This document shows, in pieces, positions 44,555 through 49,957 of a stretch of 49,957 nucleotides of DNA (its first letter is position 1; each line of letters opens with the position of its first letter). The translations under genes and the position numbers were made by a program. This stretch comes from Thermotogota bacterium (GTDB lineage: Bacteria; Thermotogota; Thermotogae; MWEM01): positions 1 through 49,957 of the forward strand of contig JAYEGQ010000174.1 of NCBI GenBank assembly GCA_034659095.1, read 5' to 3'. The notes beneath the pieces were generated by a model, which was given only the letters and a program-made list of their open reading frames with translations, was not told the origin of the DNA and ran no database searches.

Positions 44555-45826
44555 ATGACAGAAAAACAGAAAAACTCCATTTGGGGAAATTGCACATCTG
44601 AAGAGTGGAACGATTGGAAATGGCAACTGAGAAACCGAATTATGGATGTCGATACACTGAGCAAGGTAATCAAATTGGATGAAGAGGATAAAAGGGCGAT
44701 AGAACATAGTTTGGAATTTCTCAGAATGGCCATCACACCTTATTATGCATCTTTGATTAATCCTGATGACCCCCATGATCCTATTCGCTTACAGGCTGTT
44801 CCGTCTGTTCACGAGTTAACAGTTGCACCTGAAGATATGCTTGACCCACTCCATGAGGATGTGGATTCACCTACACCGGGCTTAACCCACAGATATCCGG
44901 ATAGAGTACTGCTGCTGGTGACGGATAGATGTTCCATGTATTGCCGCCATTGTACGAGAAGGAGAAAAGCCGGCGAAACGGACAAAGCTATGCCTCTTGA
45001 ATATGTGGACAAAGCCGTTGAATATTTAAAAGATCATACTGAAGTAAGAGATGTCTTAATTTCAGGCGGGGATCCTTTAACCCTTCCCACGGATCATTTA
45101 GAAAAGATCATTCAAAAGATTGATGCGATCCCGTCTGTTGAGATTATCAGAATCGGCTCAAGAACACCCGTGGTTTTACCACAAAGAATTGATGAAGAAC
45201 TGATCACTATGCTGAAAAAGCACAAAAATATTTGGTTGAATACCCATTTTAACCATCCGGTGGAAATCACGGAAGAAAGTATAGAGGCCTTGGATAAACT
45301 TGCGGAAGCCGGTATACCTCTTGGGAATCAATCAGTGTTACTCAAGGGAATTAACGACCACCCTGAGATTATGAAATCTCTGGTTCAAAAATTGGTTAAA
45401 AATAGAGTAAGACCCTATTACATGTATCAATGTGATCTTTCCCAAGGATTGTCTCATTTTCGGACCACCGTGGCCAAAGGCTTGGAGATCATGGAATATC
45501 TGAGGGGGCATACATCCGGTTTTGCCGTTCCAACATATGTGATTGATGCGCCTCATGGCGGGGGAAAAATACCGGTGATGCCGCAATATTTGATTTCATA
45601 TGGTGAAAACAAAGTCATTCTCAGAAATTATGAAGGTGGATTATTTGTCTATGAAGAACCAAAAGACTATCGTGCATCTGCCGATCCGGATGGGTGGCTT
45701 GATGAAAACAGAAAAAGCAAAGAAGGGCTTGCCAGTATGTTATCAGGTAAGAATAAAAAACTTGTACCCGGTGAAGCTGTAAGGCTAAGAAGGGCGGGGG
45801 AATGGAAAAGGAAACATTCTCAATAG
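44555..45826 (+). CDS. kamA: lysine 2,3-aminomutase (radical SAM)
   Basis: Contains WNDWKWQLRNR, the radical-SAM motif CSMYCRHCTRR, ISGGDPL and the PLP-lysine region GGGKIPV. At 423 aa it has typical KamA length. Confidence 0.9.
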   Translation: MTEKQKNSIWGNCTSEEWNDWKWQLRNRIMDVDTLSKVIKLDEEDKRAIEHSLEFLRMAITPYYASLINPDDPHDPIRLQAVPSVHELTVAPEDMLDPLHEDVDSPTPGLTHRYPDRVLLLVTDRCSMYCRHCTRRRKAGETDKAMPLEYVDKAVEYLKDHTEVRDVLISGGDPLTLPTDHLEKIIQKIDAIPSVEIIRIGSRTPVVLPQRIDEELITMLKKHKNIWLNTHFNHPVEITEESIEALDKLAEAGIPLGNQSVLLKGINDHPEIMKSLVQKLVKNRVRPYYMYQCDLSQGLSHFRTTVAKGLEIMEYLRGHTSGFAVPTYVIDAPHGGGKIPVMPQYLISYGENKVILRNYEGGLFVYEEPKDYRASADPDGWLDENRKSKEGLASMLSGKNKKLVPGEAVRLRRAGEWKRKHSQ

Positions 45827-46833
45827 AAACTTTTTTTGATTTTCTTTCTAACGACCATAAAGTTATATCCATTATTGGAATGGAAAAGAATGTTGGAAAG
45901 ACAACGCTTTTGAATTACCTTTTGAAGGTCATGGCAGAAAAGGGTTTACCAGTTCTTGTTTTGAGTATTGGTAGAGATGGCGAGCCTGTAGATGTACTTG
46001 AAAAAACAAAAAAACCTGATATTACAGTATATGCGGGAGGTTGCTTTTTAACCATCAGAGAATTGTTAAAAACGCCCACCGCCGTAGAAATTGTGGAAAC
46101 TTTTAATGAGAAGATTTCCGGTTCAAAAGTGTTATTAGCTCGTGCATTGCAGAATACGGAAATTCAGTTAATCAACCCAGGCAATCAGAAAGTTGTGTCA
46201 AACATGATTCGTAATAGTATCAAAAGATGCGGTAAGTGTACTGTATTTATAGACGGTGCCTTGGATAGACTGTCTCATGGAGCATCCAATTTGGTTGATG
46301 GTGTGTTTATTTGCACTGGGGTTCAAGTTGAAGGTACATTAGACCAAATCATTGACAAAACAAAAGAATTAGTCGATAATCTTGAAAACAGTACCTGCGA
46401 TGATGAAATGCTGAGGTTGATTTCTGAATGTAAATCGGAATTTAGAACGTTTATCATTAGAAATGATCAAATAGAAGCTTGTATGGCAGGCACATTGCTT
46501 GATTCAACGGAACTTGATGAAAAGATCAAGAATAATGATATAATCTATACAACAGGTGTGTTAACTGATAAGATCATAAAACGATTAGGGGAAAAGGATT
46601 TGAGATATACGATCGTTTTGATTGACGGAACGAAATGTCATGTGAGTCATAGGTATAAAGCTATAATGACGAGAAAAGGTATTGTATTGAAGGTATTGAA
46701 TCAGATACCCGTATACGGATTATCAGTCAACAGTGTAGGAATAAGGCGTTCCATGAACCCGTCAAAAGTATTGACGGCGTTTGAAGAGGCCTTTAAGGAT
46801 AAATGGGTTTTTGATACACAATATTTCAAATAA
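45802..46833 (+). CDS. uncharacterised P-loop NTPase, translationally overlapped with kamA
   Basis: 343-aa ORF with Walker A IIGMEKNVGKTTLL near the N-terminus, a possible Walker B VFIDGALD, and a 25-nt overlap with the kamA 3' end. Confidence 0.7.
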   Translation: MEKETFSIETFFDFLSNDHKVISIIGMEKNVGKTTLLNYLLKVMAEKGLPVLVLSIGRDGEPVDVLEKTKKPDITVYAGGCFLTIRELLKTPTAVEIVETFNEKISGSKVLLARALQNTEIQLINPGNQKVVSNMIRNSIKRCGKCTVFIDGALDRLSHGASNLVDGVFICTGVQVEGTLDQIIDKTKELVDNLENSTCDDEMLRLISECKSEFRTFIIRNDQIEACMAGTLLDSTELDEKIKNNDIIYTTGVLTDKIIKRLGEKDLRYTIVLIDGTKCHVSHRYKAIMTRKGIVLKVLNQIPVYGLSVNSVGIRRSMNPSKVLTAFEEAFKDKWVFDTQYFK

Positions 46834-46847
46834 ATCGTTTTAAAACC

Positions 46848-46867
46848 GGGCAATCTGAGAATTGCCC
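46848..46867 (+). terminator. stem-loop after the P-loop gene (no strong U-tract)
   Basis: GGGCAAT-ctgaga-ATTGCCC lies 15 nt after the stop codon. Confidence 0.45.
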
Positions 46868-46911
46868 CTATATAGCAGTTAGTTTCTAAACGTCCACAAA
46901 GGGGTGATACG

Positions 46912-47451
46912 ATGGATTACAAATTAGTGACAAGAGGATTTTCAGCGACAGATGCTGTAAAAGATTATGTGGAAAAGAAAGTGTCAAAGCTTAAAAAAGT
47001 TATGCCAGAAGGCGATCATGTACACACTGAGGTTAAAATCGAAAGGGAAAACAAGGATTTTCGCGCTGAACTCACCGTTCACATCAGAGGAGCTATAGTA
47101 AGAACAGACGAAATGACCAATGATATGTACGCATCTTTGGACCTTGCCGTTGATGCCATGGATAAAAAACTTGAAAAGTACAAAAATAAGAGAATTGCCA
47201 GGCACAGGGCGAATGCAAAGGTTTTATCCGAAGAGATGAAGACTGAAAAGGATGAATTTGAGGATGAATATGAAGATATTGTAAAAACAAAACGTTTCTT
47301 CCTCAGACCAATGAATCTGGAAGAGGCAAAGCTTCAGATTGAGATGTTAGGACACAATTTCTTTGTTTTTAAAAACGCTGATACTGACGAAATTAATCTC
47401 ATTTACAGAAGACAAAATAAGTCAATGGGTTTAATCGAATTTGAAGTTTAA
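46912..47451 (+). CDS. hpf: ribosome hibernation promoting factor, long form
   Basis: Has an N-terminal RaiA/sigma54-modulation domain (ATDAVKDYVEKKVSKL..AELTVHIRG..DMYASLDLAVDAMDKKLEKYK) and a C-terminal dimerisation domain (FVFKNADTDEINLIYRR). Confidence 0.9.
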   Translation: MDYKLVTRGFSATDAVKDYVEKKVSKLKKVMPEGDHVHTEVKIERENKDFRAELTVHIRGAIVRTDEMTNDMYASLDLAVDAMDKKLEKYKNKRIARHRANAKVLSEEMKTEKDEFEDEYEDIVKTKRFFLRPMNLEEAKLQIEMLGHNFFVFKNADTDEINLIYRRQNKSMGLIEFEV

Positions 47452-47468
47452 CTTAAATAAATGGGAAA

Positions 47469-47497
47469 AGGGGCCCGTTTGATGGGTCTCTTTTTTT
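47469..47497 (+). terminator. rho-independent terminator after hpf
   Basis: AGGGGCCC-gtttgat-GGGTCTCT forms an 8-bp stem with 2 G:U pairs and is followed by T6. Confidence 0.6.
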
Positions 47498-47639
47498 AGT
47501 TTCACTTTTTTAAATTTTTACGATATAATAAAGAAAAGTAGTATAAAGATTTTACACTGAATGAATAGACTTCTTAAATATAGATAAGGAGAAATTACAG
47601 TTAATTGAGAGGTGAAAAGACATAGTCATTTCCAACCCA

Positions 47640-49076
47640 TTGATAAAAAGGATTCTTGTGGGAACGTTTCAAGGTGAGATTATGATTGCCGTTCTGGAAG
47701 GGAATCAACTGGTTGAGTTACATCTGGAGGAGATGGATAACGAAAGTATTACAGGCAATATCTTTCTGGGTAAAGTGGAAAACTACGTGAGTAGTTTAGA
47801 CGCATCCTTCGTTGATATCGGAAAGAATAAGAATGCCTTTTTGAGAAATAAGGATTTTTTAAGAAATTCCCTGGGAAGTAAAGAAGCAAGAAAAAAAAGT
47901 GAGGTTCCGGTTAAGGGCAACAAAATTATCGTTCAAGCCAAAAAAGACCCCATGGGAACTAAAGGACCTCAAGTAACAACCAATATTGGCATAGCTGGAA
48001 GATATCTTGTTTTCATGCCGTTTTCAAGAAGTGTAGGTGTCTCAAAAAAGATTGAAGACAGTCTTGAAAGAAAACGGTTGCACAACAGAATGTCAAAAGT
48101 TGTGAAAGATTCGGGGATAATAATTAGAACCGTTGCGCAGAATGTCGATCATGAAGTATTGGAAGATGAATATTTTCTCCTGAAGAAAAGATGGGAGGAA
48201 ATCCACAAGCAGTTCCAACGGTTTAAGAAACCGAGACTCCTTCACGATGAGGCAGAGATTTTGGAATACCTCATGAGGGAGAAATACGATTCTACCGTTG
48301 ATGAAGTAGTCACAAATTCCAAGGAAATGTTTTCCAAGCTGGAAAAGATTCTTAAATCTTTTGATAAAAAACCTGTTAAAGGGAAATTGCGCTTGTGCAA
48401 GGAAGATGTTTTTGAAACCTATAATGTCAGTGGTCAATTAGAGGCGCTCTATTCAAGAAAGATTGAAATGGAATGTGGAGGTTGGCTGGTTGTTGACAGA
48501 ACAGAGGCTTTTACGATTATTGATATCAATTCCGGCAGCAATGTTTCCAGCAACAATACCAGAGATATGGCTTTGGAAACTAATGTTCAAGCGGCAACAG
48601 AGGTGGCTCGACAACTCAGACTAAGAAATTTAAGCGGGATTATTATTGTGGACTTTATCGATATGGAGCAGGAAAACGATCGAATGACCATTCTTAAAGT
48701 GCTTAATGAGGAATTAAAGAAGGATAAAGCCAAGACCGCTGTGATGGGTTTTACAAAGCTGGGATTAGTGGAAATTACTCGAAAGAGAACTTCCCCACCG
48801 ATTGAGGAACTTCTTTTTGAGAAGTGCCCTATCTGTCATGGAGAAGGGCTTGTTTTTTCCCCGAAAAGAATACTGAAGATGATCAGTGTGGAAATGGATC
48901 AAGCTAAATCCATGAAAGATGTTAAGGGTATTCAGCTAAACCTCCATTGGAGCCTTTCAGGTTATCTAAACAAAGAATGGCGGGAGAATATGTTGAAACA
49001 AACGGGATTTGATTCCATTGATATTGATTTTTCTCGAAAAGATCCTAACGGGTATGATATAAAATATAAAAAGTAA
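47640..49076 (+). CDS. rng: Rne/Rng-family ribonuclease (RNase G/E-like)
   Basis: Has an S1 domain (GNIFLGKVENYVSSLDASFVDIGKNKNAFL), the catalytic region AFTIIDINSG..IIIVDFIDM, and a zinc-link CPICHGEG. The TTG start at 47640 is supported by N-terminal homology but not by a nearby RBS. Confidence 0.85.
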   Translation: MIKRILVGTFQGEIMIAVLEGNQLVELHLEEMDNESITGNIFLGKVENYVSSLDASFVDIGKNKNAFLRNKDFLRNSLGSKEARKKSEVPVKGNKIIVQAKKDPMGTKGPQVTTNIGIAGRYLVFMPFSRSVGVSKKIEDSLERKRLHNRMSKVVKDSGIIIRTVAQNVDHEVLEDEYFLLKKRWEEIHKQFQRFKKPRLLHDEAEILEYLMREKYDSTVDEVVTNSKEMFSKLEKILKSFDKKPVKGKLRLCKEDVFETYNVSGQLEALYSRKIEMECGGWLVVDRTEAFTIIDINSGSNVSSNNTRDMALETNVQAATEVARQLRLRNLSGIIIVDFIDMEQENDRMTILKVLNEELKKDKAKTAVMGFTKLGLVEITRKRTSPPIEELLFEKCPICHGEGLVFSPKRILKMISVEMDQAKSMKDVKGIQLNLHWSLSGYLNKEWRENMLKQTGFDSIDIDFSRKDPNGYDIKYKK

Positions 49077-49094
49077 CTGTGAGAGGTGAGTATT

Positions 49095-49957
49095 ATGCGT
49101 AAGATACAGTTCATATTTGGCATTCATAATCATCAACCTGAAGGGAATTTTGATTTTGTTTTGGAGAAATCGCTAAAAAATGGTTATAGGCCTTTTTTAG
49201 AAACTGTTTTTGAATATCCCCAAATCAAAATCACGCTTCATTTTTCCGGATCACTACTTCAGTATATAGAAAAAAAAGACCCTGGATTAATTGACTTGAT
49301 AGGGGAAATGATTGATAGAAAACAGATTGAACTATTCACCGGTGGTTATTACGATCCGATTTTATCGGTGATACCCGAGGGAGATCGAATAAAACAGATC
49401 AAAAAAATGAACTTGAAATTAAAGGAGTTGTTTGATTACGAGGCAAAAGGATTTTGGTTATCTGAAAGAGTGTGGGAGCCTTCTCTCGTCTCAACATTAT
49501 CGAAAATGGGCGTTGAATACGTTGCTTTGGATGATGATCATTTTAAAAACGCCGGAAATTACGAAGATGAGTTGAATGGCTATTTTTTAACAGAAGATCA
49601 AGGCTATCCCATGAAGATATTTCCCATCAACAAAAAACTAAGATATCTGATTCCATTTCATGATGTAGACGAAACGATTAACTTTCTACATGAAAGAGCA
49701 TCGGAGAGTGCTAAAAGCATGTATCTTATGATGGATGACGGCGAGAAATTTGGAATTTGGCCTGGAACTCATGAGTTGGTTTTTAAAAAAGGTTGGTTGG
49801 AGATGTTCTTTAAACGGTTGATTGAAGAGTCGGATTGGTTAAGATTGACGACTTTTTCAGAGTATGCCAAAGAAGTACCTCCGAGAGGGAGAACTTATAT
49901 TCCAGATTCCTCATACCCGGAAATGATGAGTTGGGCACTTCCCAGTCGTGCCAGAAC
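49095..49957 (+). CDS. GH57-family 4-alpha-glucanotransferase/alpha-amylase, 3' end outside the window
   Basis: Contains MRKIQFIFGIHNHQPEGNF, LHFSGSLLQYIE, GFWLSERVWEP, LRYLIPF and MDDGEKFGIWPGT, which follow the Thermococcus/Pyrococcus GH57 enzyme almost block by block. It is open to the window edge, so it is absent from the ORF track. GAGAGGTGA lies before ATG 49095. Confidence 0.85.
   Translation, partial: MRKIQFIFGIHNHQPEGNFDFVLEKSLKNGYRPFLETVFEYPQIKITLHFSGSLLQYIEKKDPGLIDLIGEMIDRKQIELFTGGYYDPILSVIPEGDRIKQIKKMNLKLKELFDYEAKGFWLSERVWEPSLVSTLSKMGVEYVALDDDHFKNAGNYEDELNGYFLTEDQGYPMKIFPINKKLRYLIPFHDVDETINFLHERASESAKSMYLMMDDGEKFGIWPGTHELVFKKGWLEMFFKRLIEESDWLRLTTFSEYAKEVPPRGRTYIPDSSYPEMMSWALPSRAR

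Noticed and set aside
1-49957. I searched for defence islands, toxin-antitoxin pairs, prophage or integrative elements, and rRNA or tRNA genes.
   Set aside because: No integrase, nuclease-helicase, cas, restriction-modification, abortive-infection or phage structural signatures appear in any frame. The only mobile DNA is the approx. 450-nt transposase remnant.

Overview
AT-rich bacterial chromosomal window. Gene content suggests an anaerobic, probably thermophilic, Thermotogota-like organism; this taxonomic guess is inference only. About 45 intact genes are tightly packed and mostly core.

Intact gene content:
- Proteases and transport: TraB, DUF45/M48 hydrolase, PepF, NhaC.
- Nucleoside and nitrogen genes: PfkB kinase, MBL hydrolase, glnA, psuG, HIT protein.
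- Redox pair: glutaredoxin-like protein disulfide oxidoreductase plus trxB.
- NfeD/stomatin pair, TagA-like glycosyltransferase, pdxK.
- A long minus-strand string: plsX, DegT aminotransferase, lnt, a 1036-aa O-antigen-ligase-domain protein, a parvulin PPIase, a Kdd-like dehydrogenase, a PreA/DHOD-like Fe-S flavoprotein and a ThrC-like PLP enzyme.
- An O2/ROS detoxification operon: rubredoxin (missed by the ORF track), flavodiiron protein, desulfoferrodoxin.
- yggS, tsaD, yjbQ, a mini-MCP-like membrane protein, a split LysO-family exporter, nadE, a TauE/SafE permease.
- iorAB followed by orphan KorB-like/gamma-like subunits, cheB, coaD, kamA with an overlapping P-loop gene, hpf, RNase G/E, and a 3'-truncated GH57 glucanotransferase.

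Gene decay is unusually dense for core sequence:
- A BMP-type ABC transporter operon is destroyed by nonsense and frameshift mutations and by an IS1634/IS4-like transposase remnant.
- A histidine-kinase fragment and a MATE fragment lie back to back.
- An AhpE-like peroxiredoxin carries multiple frameshifts.

No CRISPR array, rRNA or tRNA gene, prophage or recognisable defence system was found.

Most interesting leads:
1. The kdd-like / PreA-like / ThrC-like module, which lacks the rest of the lysine-fermentation pathway.
2. A telomere-like (TTTAGGG)n G-quadruplex motif paired with a C-rich tract and U-run inside that operon.
3. A promoter-to-terminator unit with no ORF, a candidate sRNA of about 96 nt.
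4. kamA translationally coupled to an uncharacterised P-loop protein.
5. A NadE whose glutaminase-domain catalytic residues appear to be lost.
6. KorB/gamma subunits with no alpha subunit, placed behind iorAB.

All homology calls come from reading translations and remembered family motifs. No database search was run.
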